Assembly (NCBI GenBank): GCA_963674755.2
Contig: CAXXVS010000003.1
Coordinates: forward strand, 1,536,001 to 1,600,000
Length of the DNA stretch: 64,000 nucleotides
Reading direction: 5' to 3'
Source: Desulfobacterales bacterium
GTDB taxonomy: Bacteria > Desulfobacterota > Desulfobacteria > Desulfobacterales > UBA5852
The position numbers and the translations under genes are program-made. Of the stretch, positions 38,227 to 48,428 are shown piece after piece; within the stretch, counting starts at the first letter, position 1, and each line of letters begins with the position of its first letter. The notes under the pieces were generated by a model, which had not been told where the DNA came from, did not search any database, and saw only the letters and a list, made by a program, of their open reading frames with translations.

Positions 38227-39993
38227 TTACGGCAGATAGATCGAAAATGTGCTGCCCTCGCCCAATCGGCTGTCCACCTTAATCTCGCCCTCGTGCGCCT
38301 GCACGATATGCTTGACGATTGCCAGCCCTAAACCCGTACCGCCGAGCTGGCGGCTGCGGGCCTTGTCCACCCGATAGAACCGTTCGAACAGACGCGGCAG
38401 GTTGCGCTTGGCGATACCGCAACCGTAGTCGCGGATGTGAATGGCCGTCAGGCCTTCGTGCTTTTCAGCCCGGATTTCCACCCGGCTGTGCTCGGCACTG
38501 TATTTGACGGCATTGTCCAGGAGATTGACGATGGCCTGTTCCAGCAGGGTCGCGTCCACGGTGGCATACAGCGCTTCACCGCCCGTGACCTGGAGCGCGA
38601 TCTGTTTGGTGTCGGCATTTTTCTGGCAAACCTGGATCGCGGTTTGGAAGATATCGCCCAGGCGCGTCGTATCGAGGTCGAGGGCTTCCCGGAAATTTTC
38701 GCGCTCGATACGCGAGAGGGACAGCAGGTCGTCCACAATGGCCTCGAGGCGATTGACATGTTTGGTAATGATGCCCAGGAAGCGGTGGGTGTCCTCCGGC
38801 GAATCCACTTCGCGGTTGTAGAGGGTCTCCACGTAGCCCTTGATGGCGGTCAGGGGCGTTTTGATTTCGTGGGAGACATTGGCCACGAAATCGCGGCGCA
38901 TGTTTTCCAGGCGTCGCAGGCGGGTGACGTCCGTCATGACCAGCAGATTGCCGATGCGGAGACCGGCCGCGTCGACGATGGGCGAACTCTTGATGTTGAG
39001 CACCACCTCGCCCTGCTGGTAGAAGGTGATGTCGTCTTCCAGGGAGTCTTCGGCTTCCAGGGCCCGGCTCACGAAATTCTGCAAGGCCAGATTGCGGACC
39101 ACCTCCTGGATGCTGCGGCCCTTGACCCGCCCGCGGTCGCATTCGAACATTTCCGCTGCCAGGGGATTCATGCTCATGATGGCTTCGTTGGTGTCGATGG
39201 CCACCACGCCTTCCCGCATGCTCGACAGGACGGTTTCCAATTCGTTTTTCTGGGCGACCGCCGTGGCGATGCGATTGTTGAGGCGGGAGGCCATCTCGTT
39301 CATGGCGCTGGCCAGCCCGGCCAACTCCTCGGTGCGGGGCAGGGGCAGCTTGTGATTGAGGTCGCCGCCGGCAAAGGCGTCGGCCCCCTGCTTGAGCATT
39401 TCGATGGGGTGACTGATCTTGCGGGCCGCCAGGAGACTGATCAGCCCTACCATCACAGCGATGAGCACGCCCCCGCCGACCATCCGCCAGTGCAGGGCCC
39501 GCATCTGGTCTTCCAGGAAGGTCACGGCCAAAGCGGCCCGCACGACCCCCTCCAGGCGCCCCTTGCGCATCACGGCCTCGGCCACGTACATCAAGCGCCG
39601 GTCGAGGGTTTTGCTATAGCGCACGGAGCGTCCCGTGCCGCCGCGCATGGCCTCCTGGATTTCCGGGCGGTGGCCATGATTATCCATGTGGGCCGGGTTC
39701 TCCTGGGAGTCCCCCACCACCCGGCCGTCGGGCAGGATGACGGTAAAGCGGGTCGAGGAGAGCTGGCCGGTCTCTTTGCAGATGCGGTCGATGGTCGCGG
39801 CCTGCAGGGGCTGCAGGTCGGCCTCGATCTGATAGCGCAGCAGGGCGATGCGGTCCTCGAGATTGGCCGCGGTTTGGTTCAGAAAGAAGATCTCCATGGT
39901 ATGGGAGGCGACCCAGACCGCGGCGATGATCGCAAGCAGCGTGACGGCCAGGAAGGAGGGAAAGATATGCCAAACGAGCCGGTTACGTTTCAT
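38227..39993 (-). CDS. phoR: PhoR-like sensor histidine kinase (HAMP, PAS)
   Basis: DNHGHRPE, DFVANVSHEIKTPLT, FERFYRVDKARSR, GTGLGLAIVKH. Confidence 0.9.
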   Translation of the reverse strand: MKRNRLVWHIFPSFLAVTLLAIIAAVWVASHTMEIFFLNQTAANLEDRIALLRYQIEADLQPLQAATIDRICKETGQLSSTRFTVILPDGRVVGDSQENPAHMDNHGHRPEIQEAMRGGTGRSVRYSKTLDRRLMYVAEAVMRKGRLEGVVRAALAVTFLEDQMRALHWRMVGGGVLIAVMVGLISLLAARKISHPIEMLKQGADAFAGGDLNHKLPLPRTEELAGLASAMNEMASRLNNRIATAVAQKNELETVLSSMREGVVAIDTNEAIMSMNPLAAEMFECDRGRVKGRSIQEVVRNLALQNFVSRALEAEDSLEDDITFYQQGEVVLNIKSSPIVDAAGLRIGNLLVMTDVTRLRRLENMRRDFVANVSHEIKTPLTAIKGYVETLYNREVDSPEDTHRFLGIITKHVNRLEAIVDDLLSLSRIERENFREALDLDTTRLGDIFQTAIQVCQKNADTKQIALQVTGGEALYATVDATLLEQAIVNLLDNAVKYSAEHSRVEIRAEKHEGLTAIHIRDYGCGIAKRNLPRLFERFYRVDKARSRQLGGTGLGLAIVKHIVQAHEGEIKVDSRLGEGSTFSIYLP

Positions 39994-40682
39994 GGGGTTT
40001 CTTTAAGGCGGTAGCCGACACCGCGCACGGTTTCGATGATCTCGCCCCGGGGTCCGAGTTTCTTGCGCAGGCCCACGATCTGCACATCCACGGAGCGGTC
40101 GGTTACCGGATAATCGTCACCCCGTACCAGGTCCACGATTTGGGAGCGGGTAAAGACCCAGCCCGGCCGCCGGGCCAGGATGCTTAAGACCTGGAATTCG
40201 GTATAGGTCAGATTGACGGCTTGGCCCTCCACTATCACCGTGCGCCGCCCGGGATGGATTTCGATAGCGTGCACGTTGATGACGGCCGTGTCGTCCGGCG
40301 CGTCCTGGCCGATGCGCCGGATGATAGCCCGCGTGCGGGCCAGCAGAATGCGGGGACTGAAGGGTTTGGTGACGTAGTCATCCGCACCGAGTTCCAGGCC
40401 GGCCACCACATCCGCCTCTTCGCCTTTGGCAGTCAGCATGAGCACCGGGATGTGTTTGGTCTGGGGGTCGTTTTTCAGCTTGCGGGTCACTTCCAAGCCA
40501 TCGATGCCGGGCAGCATCAGGTCCAGGACGATCAAGGCGATGGCGCCGGAGCGGGCGGTCGCCAGTGCTTTTTCGCCGGTTGTGGCGACCTGGACGTCAT
40601 AGCCGTCCCGTTTGAGGTGGTGACGTACCAGTTCCAGGATATCTTCTTCGTCGTCGACGACCAGGATGGTTTCTTTAGCCAT
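39990..40682 (-). CDS. phoB: PhoB-like OmpR-family response regulator
   Basis: VVDDE, LDLMLPG, GADDYVTKPFS, ETVRGVGY; adjacent to phoR and the pst genes. Confidence 0.88.
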   Translation of the reverse strand: MAKETILVVDDEEDILELVRHHLKRDGYDVQVATTGEKALATARSGAIALIVLDLMLPGIDGLEVTRKLKNDPQTKHIPVLMLTAKGEEADVVAGLELGADDYVTKPFSPRILLARTRAIIRRIGQDAPDDTAVINVHAIEIHPGRRTVIVEGQAVNLTYTEFQVLSILARRPGWVFTRSQIVDLVRGDDYPVTDRSVDVQIVGLRKKLGPRGEIIETVRGVGYRLKETP

Positions 40683-40749
40683 ATTCCCTTCCCGAGTGTG
40701 ATCCCGTCGTGTCTGGGTTTCTCTTGTGAGTCGCCCGCAGGAATACGTG

Positions 40750-40782
40750 CAGGATGTTAGGGTTATGTTAATCCCGCATTAG
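40750..40782 (-). promoter_or_regulatory. Putative Pho box upstream of phoB (autoregulation)
   Basis: Minus strand CTAATGCGGGA TTAACATAACC CTAACATCCTG. Confidence 0.75.
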
Positions 40783-41318
40783 AATACGATTCGGGCATGA
40801 TGAGAAAATGATGTGCCGCCGATGAAGGCGGGGCGTGTCGCACCCGCCAGCGGAACCTGCCGGTCAGCATAGACTGTTTGGATTTTTTTGACAATGGCGG
40901 TCAGGGTGGCGATGCTGTCGGCGAAATCTTCAGTTGGCGTGATGACGACAAGAACGCCGCCAATAAGGTTAAAAGAAAATTGCGGTGTTGTATAGGGGGC
41001 ATCCAAGCCTTTTCCATGGAGGAGATCCGTCGCGGTTCGTGTCGGCCAGAGGCGGAAAATTAAAAATAGTAAAGGCGGGGCGTTTTGTCCGGGGCTAAGC
41101 TTCAGAAGCCGTTAGGTCCGGCTGGTGGATAAGGGGTCTGATGAAGAGGCCGATTCCGCTTCGTTGGTTGAGGTGGGCTTGGGCCGGGGATGTTTCCCCG
41201 TGGTTTCCGTGACGGTCTATGCCTGATGGCGCGGCTGAAAGTAATGGCGGACGTCATCGGGCGCAGATCGGTGCCGTCCGCCGATTCATTGCGGTCATGA
41301 GACCCTCTCCGTTCGGTT

Positions 41319-41948
41319 TCAGGTGGCCTTGCTCGTGGAAGCCTGCAGCTTTCCGGCACTGACCGGCACGCCTTCATGGGGTGTCCAGCGTGTGGTGCCC
41401 ATCTGACGCGGATCACGGGCGGCCTTGAGAATTTCGATGCTGCTCTTGAGACCTTTGTACAGGCGCGACATTTCAATGGCCATGCCGGCAATCTGGGCCA
41501 CGGCCTGGACAAAATTCACGTCTTCCAGGGTAAACTCCCACGATTCGGCGGTGTAGATGCGGAGCGCCCCGATCGGATTGCCGCGGGCCATGATGGGAAC
41601 CGCCAGGATGGAGGCGATGCCTTCCTTGACGGCTTCGTGCGGGTACTGGATCCGCGGGTCGTCCTTGACATCGTAGATCGCGACCGGGCCTTCCTTGAGC
41701 GCGTCGGCAATGGAGCGCAGGGCACTGATGGGGCCCTTCCGGAGATAGGCGTCGCTGAGCCCCATCGAGGCCGCGAGTTCAAGCTCCTGGCTCTTGGGGT
41801 TGATCAGGAACAGGGCGCAACCCTTGGCTTTCAGGGCGTCCCTGACACCGGTGACGCTCAGCAGGGCAATTTCGTCGAATTCCCGCGACATGGCGATGCG
41901 CTCGGTGATGACCAAAAGGGTTTCGTAGTTGAGCAGGTTCTTTTCCAT
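41319..41948 (-). CDS. Stand-alone GAF domain protein
   Basis: LELAASMGLS, DVKDDPRIQY, EGIASILAVPI..IGALRIY; GGAGG SD. Confidence 0.88.
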   Translation of the reverse strand: MEKNLLNYETLLVITERIAMSREFDEIALLSVTGVRDALKAKGCALFLINPKSQELELAASMGLSDAYLRKGPISALRSIADALKEGPVAIYDVKDDPRIQYPHEAVKEGIASILAVPIMARGNPIGALRIYTAESWEFTLEDVNFVQAVAQIAGMAIEMSRLYKGLKSSIEILKAARDPRQMGTTRWTPHEGVPVSAGKLQASTSKAT

Positions 41949-42575
41949 GGGCTCCTCCTTTGGTTCTTGACGGGTGCTCCCGAGAGGATCCAACCTTATC
42001 CGCATGCCCCTCATCCCTGTCCGGCGGTGCGCTGCCTGCCGGCGTATGGCGGCAGTTGGCGACCGGCTTTGAAAATTCGCCGCCGGTCTCGGGGTAAGGG
42101 GCTGAAGGTTGGGGATGATGTCTAATCAGGGGGGACGCCGGGGCCCGTGTCTCGACACAGCAGGACCCATTTTGTCCGGAGTCGGCCGCAACCGGAAGAT
42201 GCGTCGGTCGCTGACCGGCGCAGGCGCCCCGAAGTCCATCCCTGACAATGGCATCGTTTTAGCGACCGGCCGTCAACATGCGGTACGGCTCATGGCAAGG
42301 TGCCGGTCGCGTCGGCATTCCAGACGATTGAGAGATGTATGAGGCGAAGGCGCACGCAGATGGAAGACGATGATTTTAACGTACCGATGCGCTGCATCCG
42401 GTAAGCGAAGTTGAGACCGGGTAGCTTTCGTAGCGAGGAGGAAATCAAGACAGGCATCTTTTTCGATGCTGATAAACCATAAGCATTCCCGGACCTGCTT
42501 GTCAAGCAAGCGGCCCCTGGCGGCCGGGCAAGGGCAGGCGTCTGCTGGCTTGCGACCGTTTACCGTTCCCACATG

Positions 42576-42615
42576 AAAAAGCCGGTATCTCGGGTGCCCG
42601 TCATATCCGGTTTTT
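42576..42615. terminator. Probable terminator of the M1 peptidase gene
   Basis: AAAAAGCCGG...CCGGTTTTT inverted repeat with A/T tails. Confidence 0.5.
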
Positions 42616-42702
42616 ATGGAGGGGGATTCCCGGCGGCGTCCCCGGAGTGGATGTGCTGCCGCCCTGACGGACGGGCATGGCCTGTTCTATCCCCAATCGC
42701 CA

Positions 42703-44883
42703 TCACTCCTTCGGCTGCTTTCCGGCGGTATCGGCGGGCATGGACGGCGATGGGGTTATCCCGGGCCAGGTGTAAACCAGGGGCGACGCGGCAACCGGCC
42801 ATTCCCCCTTGACCTCGTTCGTGGCGTCCTCGAAAACCAGGTAGCTGTAACGCCCGTAATGGGGGATCTTGCGGGCAATGGCCGCCTGATCGGCTTCCGG
42901 TCCGGGGAGCAGCACGGCCACGAAACGGCCGGATTGGCGGGGATGAGGCCAAACACCGAAAAAACTGGCCCGGCGGCCGTCGAAGGCCTGGTCCTCCAGG
43001 ACGAAGCCGTCCGGGCGAAGTTTGACGACATTTTCGACAAGTTGCCTTACCTCGGGAAGGGCAGGCAGGCCCAGGAACAGCCAGTCCCCGGCGTCCTCGG
43101 GCTGCGGGTCGAAATCCGCTTCCTGCCGGAGCACCACTTTGCTGCGCCCCAGCCCCTGGGCAAGCATATCCGCCGCTTGCCGCGCAATGGGGGAGAGCGG
43201 TCCGTCGGGCACCACTACGGCCAGGGGCGCCTCCCGTTTAAGGGCGTTGATGGCGGCGGGGATTTCTTCCGGCGCCAGGCGGCGGAAGACATCGACCTGG
43301 GGATCCGCTTCCAGGCGTGCCGGTGGGCCTTCCAGCGTGAAGGCAAAGGGGGCCCGGGCGCCTTCGATGGTGACGGGAACCTCGGCTTGCGCTCCGGGGC
43401 GCGATACCCTCAGGAGCGTCGTCACCCGATAGAAAGGCGCTTTCTGGCGCAAGACGCCCTCGACGCGATACGTCCCCGAGCCGGTCGTGTGGGTCTGGAT
43501 GTTCTCCAGCCACAGGACCGGCGCCCCCGGACGATCGAGCCACTGGTGGAAAAACCAGCCCAGTTCGCGCCCCCCGGTGGCTTCGAAGGCCCTTTGCAAC
43601 GTCAGCCAGTCGGCGGTGCGGTGCAGGCGGGCGGCGTAGAGGTGGCGCAGGCCCTTCCAGAAGGCCTCCTCTCCGATGGTCTGCCGCAGCATGTGGAAGA
43701 CCATGGCGCCCTTGTCATAGCCGATGGTCTGGGTCAGGGGGCTGGTGCGCCGGGTGAAGCGGCGCAAGGGGAAATCCTCCTCCGGCGTCACGATGGTGGC
43801 ATAGTTGCGCAGCAACTGCCGGCGGTCCTGGCGGGCCGCTGCGGGGGACGCCATTTCCTGGTAGAGATGCTCGGCGACGTAGCTGGTGAGGCCTTCGCTC
43901 CAGTTGCCGTCCGCAGGGTCGACCAGGACGCCGTTGCCCCACCAGCTGTGGGCGATTTCATGCCCCAGGCTGGTATGGACGATAAACGGCAGCCGCAAGA
44001 TCCGTCCCCCGATGAGGGTGTAGGATGGAAACCCGTAACCCGTGGGAAAGAAGTTCTCCACGACGGCGAATTGGGGAAAGGCATAGGGGCCGAAAAGGCT
44101 GTTATACAAGGACAGATAGCGGGCGGTGGCCTGCAGATAGGTGTTCGCCAGATCGCGGTCGTCGAAAAGGAAATAGGTCGCCGTGGGGATGTTGCCGGCG
44201 GTCGAAGAAGTGATGATGTACCGGCCGGCGGAAAGGGACAGAAGTCCGGCGGGGGGATCGACCTGCCATGTGGAAACCGTGCGGTCATCCGTTGTCTTGA
44301 CCTCCAGGGCGCGGCCGGCTGTCACGGCGCTCACCCCCTTGGGGGCCGTCACCTGCAAATGCACTGTTTCAACCGCGTCCCGGATGGCCGGATACCAGCC
44401 GGCGCCGCCCAGTAAAAGGGTCCCCCGCGGGCCGATGGTACCGCTGACCCCATAGCCGGGATTGTCGGTATTGACGGGCCGTTCGGGCGCCTGGTCCCTG
44501 AATTGGCCCTCGTAATGGATGACCAGTTCGACGCCGGTCTCACCGTCGCTTGCGGAGCGTTTCAGCACCAAAGCGTCGTTGGTGCGCACAACAGGGCGCG
44601 ATTGCCCATCGACTTGGAAGGACGTGACACGGAGATGGGGGTTCAGCCCGATGGTCAACTTCTTCCAGCCGCAGTTCGCGATCGTGATGCGGTCCGTTCC
44701 GGACAATCCGGCCTGCGCCGGCCGCAGGGTCACCTGGAGGTCGTGGAAGGCCTCGCAGGCACCACTGCTGGTTGTTGTCATGAGCCATATGGCCAGTGAG
44801 GCAAGGCCGATCGACAAGCGGCGGCCAGGTCCGGCCGGATGGGGGGTGTCGGCATCAGCCTTCCAACGATCCGTCTCGGGCAT
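42703..44883 (-). CDS. M1-family (gluzincin) metallopeptidase, probably exported; start approximate
   Basis: HEIAHSWWGN...EGLTSY, YDKG; hydrophobic N-terminal segment. Confidence 0.85.
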   Translation of the reverse strand: MPETDRWKADADTPHPAGPGRRLSIGLASLAIWLMTTTSSGACEAFHDLQVTLRPAQAGLSGTDRITIANCGWKKLTIGLNPHLRVTSFQVDGQSRPVVRTNDALVLKRSASDGETGVELVIHYEGQFRDQAPERPVNTDNPGYGVSGTIGPRGTLLLGGAGWYPAIRDAVETVHLQVTAPKGVSAVTAGRALEVKTTDDRTVSTWQVDPPAGLLSLSAGRYIITSSTAGNIPTATYFLFDDRDLANTYLQATARYLSLYNSLFGPYAFPQFAVVENFFPTGYGFPSYTLIGGRILRLPFIVHTSLGHEIAHSWWGNGVLVDPADGNWSEGLTSYVAEHLYQEMASPAAARQDRRQLLRNYATIVTPEEDFPLRRFTRRTSPLTQTIGYDKGAMVFHMLRQTIGEEAFWKGLRHLYAARLHRTADWLTLQRAFEATGGRELGWFFHQWLDRPGAPVLWLENIQTHTTGSGTYRVEGVLRQKAPFYRVTTLLRVSRPGAQAEVPVTIEGARAPFAFTLEGPPARLEADPQVDVFRRLAPEEIPAAINALKREAPLAVVVPDGPLSPIARQAADMLAQGLGRSKVVLRQEADFDPQPEDAGDWLFLGLPALPEVRQLVENVVKLRPDGFVLEDQAFDGRRASFFGVWPHPRQSGRFVAVLLPGPEADQAAIARKIPHYGRYSYLVFEDATNEVKGEWPVAASPLVYTWPGITPSPSMPADTAGKQPKE

Positions 44884-45190
44884 TCGGTTGTGTTCCTTAT
44901 GGCAATTGGGGTTGTGGCGGTAAGGTAAGCCGCGTGGCGGGCATGTCAAAAGGCGTGATGGCATTGCCCCGCCCGGGGTTGTGATCATTTTATTGACGAC
45001 AAGGGTTTGACCCTGCCCGTCAACTAGCATATAAATATAAGATTCAACAGGTTCTTTGCCAGTTCGATACTGTTGACCCACCTGCGGTGCAACCAGAAAC
45101 GCCAGACAAAAGAGAAGTCCCTGGTGGTGGAAGGCTGCCGACGGGTGCGCAGCGGCGGACGCGCTGCAGATCTTGGATACGGCGGAGATC

Positions 45191-46078
45191 ATGGGTGCCA
45201 TTGCCAAATTAAACGTTGACCATCTGATCGGTAAAGAGGTCGGAACCTCCACCATCCTCAAGGAGCTCGCCCGGGGGGGGATGGCCATCGTATTCATCGC
45301 CTATCAGCGCACCTTGAAGCGCCAGATCGCCTTGAAGATTCTCCCTAAAAGCATGCTTACGCCCAAGACCGCCACGCGTTTTCAATCCGAGGCCGAGTCG
45401 GCGGCGATCCTCTCCCATCCCAACATCATACCGGTCTACGAGGTGGGGGAGACGGACGAATTTCTTTTCTTCACCATGCAGTTGGTGCAGGGGAAGTCCC
45501 TGGGACGCTTCATCCAGATGGTGCAGAAAAACCTGTTGCCGTCCCGCCGCACGATTCCGGTCGACGAGGCGGTGCGCATTACCATAAAAGTTCTGGATGC
45601 ACTGGCTTACGCCCACGCCGAGGAGATCATCCACCGGGATATCAAACCGGACAACATCCTGATCGAGAGCCACACCCAGCGGCCCCTGATCACGGATTTC
45701 GGCGTGGCCAAGGTGTTGCGGGGGGAAGACGAAAATACGCCGATGATTCAAGGCACGCCGGTCTATATGCCCCCGGAACAGATCCTCGGCCGGAATGTGG
45801 ACGCCCGCAGCGACATCTATGCCGTGGGGACCATGCTGTTTAAGATGCTGTCGCCGGATTTGCCTTTCCCGCCGTACAGCTCCAAGACGGATCTGCTCAA
45901 GCAGAAAATCCGCCGCAAGGACGGCATCTTCCTCAAGCCGCCGTCCGAGGTCAACCCTTATGTCGACGAGGCCATCGACCGGATTATCATAAAAGCGACG
46001 GCCTATCGCCAAGAGGATCGTTATGACGATTGCCGCTCGTTCATGCAGGATCTGGAACATTACCGCCAGACCCTTTGA
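45191..46078 (+). CDS. Hanks-type Ser/Thr protein kinase, kinase domain only
   Basis: ARGGMA, IALK, HRDIKPDN, TDFG, GTPVYMPPEQ, SDIYAVG. Confidence 0.95.
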   Translation: MGAIAKLNVDHLIGKEVGTSTILKELARGGMAIVFIAYQRTLKRQIALKILPKSMLTPKTATRFQSEAESAAILSHPNIIPVYEVGETDEFLFFTMQLVQGKSLGRFIQMVQKNLLPSRRTIPVDEAVRITIKVLDALAYAHAEEIIHRDIKPDNILIESHTQRPLITDFGVAKVLRGEDENTPMIQGTPVYMPPEQILGRNVDARSDIYAVGTMLFKMLSPDLPFPPYSSKTDLLKQKIRRKDGIFLKPPSEVNPYVDEAIDRIIIKATAYRQEDRYDDCRSFMQDLEHYRQTL

Positions 46079-46179
46079 AAGCCGCGACGAATCGCACATC
46101 ACCGGGTAGGGTCCCCCGCTGATGCCCTGCGGGCCCTCGCTCCCTCTGATTGCCGCGGCCGTCCGGAGAATCATGCGTT

Positions 46180-48390
46180 ATGGCAAAACTGAAACTGAAA
46201 AAAGTTGACTACGATCGCATCGGTCGATCTTTTGCCCTGCTCTTCAATCGATCGACCATGTACCAGACCGATCACCCTTATACGGCCCAGTCCATTACCG
46301 ATTTTTCCAAAACCATCGGCAATAGCCTCGAAGGACAGTCGCCGCTGGTCATCATCATGAACCGGGATCAGTTCTTCATCGAAGAAGAACCCTTCGATCC
46401 GCGGCTCAACGTGACCCGCATGGTTTCCCACTTCAAAAAAGCGGCCATCCAGTCGGTCTCATTTGAAAAGGGTGTCCAAGCCACCGACATCGCCGCCTTT
46501 GTGCGCATCTTCATCGATCTGACGTCTTTTCCCAATGGGGAGGTCATGAAGCGCGAACTTAAACGCAAGGGCGTCAAGGGTATTCGGATCAACCATGTAT
46601 TTTACAAAAAAGTGACCGAAGATGATGAAGTGGTATCGCGGGACGAGTTGAAAAAGACGCCGGAGGATCGTGGCTCGGTGTTCAGCGGCGATCAGGACAG
46701 CAATCTTCTGGATGTGGTGGCCGGCGGGTTGGTGGCGGAAGAGCTGGAACAGGCCATGTCCCTGCGCATGGTGATCGACAACCCCGGCGCGGCTTCCCGG
46801 GCGATGATCGATTCCGATCTGGCCAGTGCCGGTGCGGACGAAGACCACAAGGGCAAATCCGGCCCCGTGATTGTCAAACAACTCAACCGTCTGCGCAGCG
46901 AAGTGGAAAAAGTGGCTCCGGAGATGGAGGGGGCCGGTCTGGCGGAGCTGGCCGAGGCGGTTTTCGACATGAAGCGGAAACTGCTCAGCGGAATCGAGTC
47001 GCACAAAACCACGGGGATTGTCTACGAGGACGAAGCCCTGATCCGTGAAGAGGCCGATCAGCTGACAGACCGCGTCTTTATTCAATTGGTCCGGCAGGAG
47101 TATCGCGGCGGCGATATCTCCGTGAAGCGCCTGGCCCAGATCCTGCGGCGCCTGGTGCCGGATCCGGCGGAATTGCAGCGCCTGATGCCAGCCCTCAAGC
47201 AGGCCCTCCTGGAAGAGGGGATGCCGCCCACGGATTTTGCCGAACTGGTGGAAGAACTGGGCCGGGAGCTCCAGAGCCAGGGTCTGGCCCACGTCATCAA
47301 AGCGAGTGCGACCACCATCGGCGTGGACGGAGAGGATTTGGTCAAGGAGATCATGACCAACCCGCAGATCGCAGCGGAGTTGATCTATCTTTCGGCCGAG
47401 ATCCGCAAAGGCACCGGCGATGAGAAGCTGCTCTCCGACCTGTTGGTGGATTATGTGGAGCGCGTCGGCGGTCAGCTTTCGATGGACGAAGCCCGGCAGG
47501 CGGAGGGCCAGGACGGATTTCCAAAAGACGGATCCCATCTGGATAAGATCTACCGGCGGGTGCAGTCCCAGATCCTTGACCGGCTAAAAACAAAGGACGT
47601 CAAGCCCGATATCCTGCAGGAAGTGGAAGAGCGCCTGAAGCGGCGCATGGAGGACATGCTGGGGCGCCTGGCGGTGGATTGGGATAAGCGCCAGGCGTTG
47701 CCGGTGGATGCCGAGGAACTGCGTGAATTCAGCATTCTGGGAGCCCTGGAGGCCGGGACGGACGGGGGCGAAGAGCTGGGCGCGATCCTGGATCACGTGC
47801 GTAGTTCACTGCGCGAACGGGGTATCGACGAAACCAATTTCAAAGCGGTCTATCAGGAGATCGTCAAGGGCCGCATCGCCTGGAAGAAGCAGAAGGAAAA
47901 GAAAGACCTGCCCAGCGGCGCCCTCAACCGATCCAGTATCCTTTTTTTCGTGGAAAAGGAGATCCAGCGGGCCGTGCGCTACGGCACGCCCTTCAGTGTC
48001 GTGCTGCTGGCCATCGTACGGGCCATTCCCCGCGCCAAGGCCGCCCCCGGGGCCATCAACCAGAACGACGTCTACCAGGCGGTTCTGGAACGATTGGCGC
48101 GGGTCGTGCGCGACCCGGACATGGTGGGTTCCCTCGACAAGAGCCGTATGATCTGGCTGCTGCCCATGACCATCCCGGAAGATGCCCAGACCGCCCGCCA
48201 CCGCATCGTGGGCGAACTCCACCGGCATGTTTACAATATCAAGGGGATTCCCCTCAAAGTGCGGCTGGCCACGGCCGTCAAGGATTTTTCCCACGAAGAA
48301 CTGCCGCCCCTGCGAACCTTTCTCAAGCGGGCCGAAACATCGCTGCATGAAATGGTGGTGCGCCTGCGCAATATCAAAGACCTGATGTAG
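46180..48390 (+). CDS. Large helical protein with C-terminal degenerate GGDEF-like domain
   Basis: EKEIQRAVRYGTPFSVVLL...VRDPDMVGSLDKSRMIWLLPMT; no GG(D/E)EF motif. Confidence 0.7.
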   Translation: MAKLKLKKVDYDRIGRSFALLFNRSTMYQTDHPYTAQSITDFSKTIGNSLEGQSPLVIIMNRDQFFIEEEPFDPRLNVTRMVSHFKKAAIQSVSFEKGVQATDIAAFVRIFIDLTSFPNGEVMKRELKRKGVKGIRINHVFYKKVTEDDEVVSRDELKKTPEDRGSVFSGDQDSNLLDVVAGGLVAEELEQAMSLRMVIDNPGAASRAMIDSDLASAGADEDHKGKSGPVIVKQLNRLRSEVEKVAPEMEGAGLAELAEAVFDMKRKLLSGIESHKTTGIVYEDEALIREEADQLTDRVFIQLVRQEYRGGDISVKRLAQILRRLVPDPAELQRLMPALKQALLEEGMPPTDFAELVEELGRELQSQGLAHVIKASATTIGVDGEDLVKEIMTNPQIAAELIYLSAEIRKGTGDEKLLSDLLVDYVERVGGQLSMDEARQAEGQDGFPKDGSHLDKIYRRVQSQILDRLKTKDVKPDILQEVEERLKRRMEDMLGRLAVDWDKRQALPVDAEELREFSILGALEAGTDGGEELGAILDHVRSSLRERGIDETNFKAVYQEIVKGRIAWKKQKEKKDLPSGALNRSSILFFVEKEIQRAVRYGTPFSVVLLAIVRAIPRAKAAPGAINQNDVYQAVLERLARVVRDPDMVGSLDKSRMIWLLPMTIPEDAQTARHRIVGELHRHVYNIKGIPLKVRLATAVKDFSHEELPPLRTFLKRAETSLHEMVVRLRNIKDLM

Positions 48391-48428
48391 AAACCATCAC
48401 ACGCCCCCCAAACTTACGGAAGAAGACC

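Noticed and set aside
40779..41006. 75-aa ORF upstream of phoB
   Set aside because: TTG start and no recognisable motif; cannot be supported without a search
44884..45297. N-terminal extension of the 864-aa M1 peptidase ORF
   Set aside because: Overlaps the divergent kinase start and promoter region; a start near 44883 is more plausible
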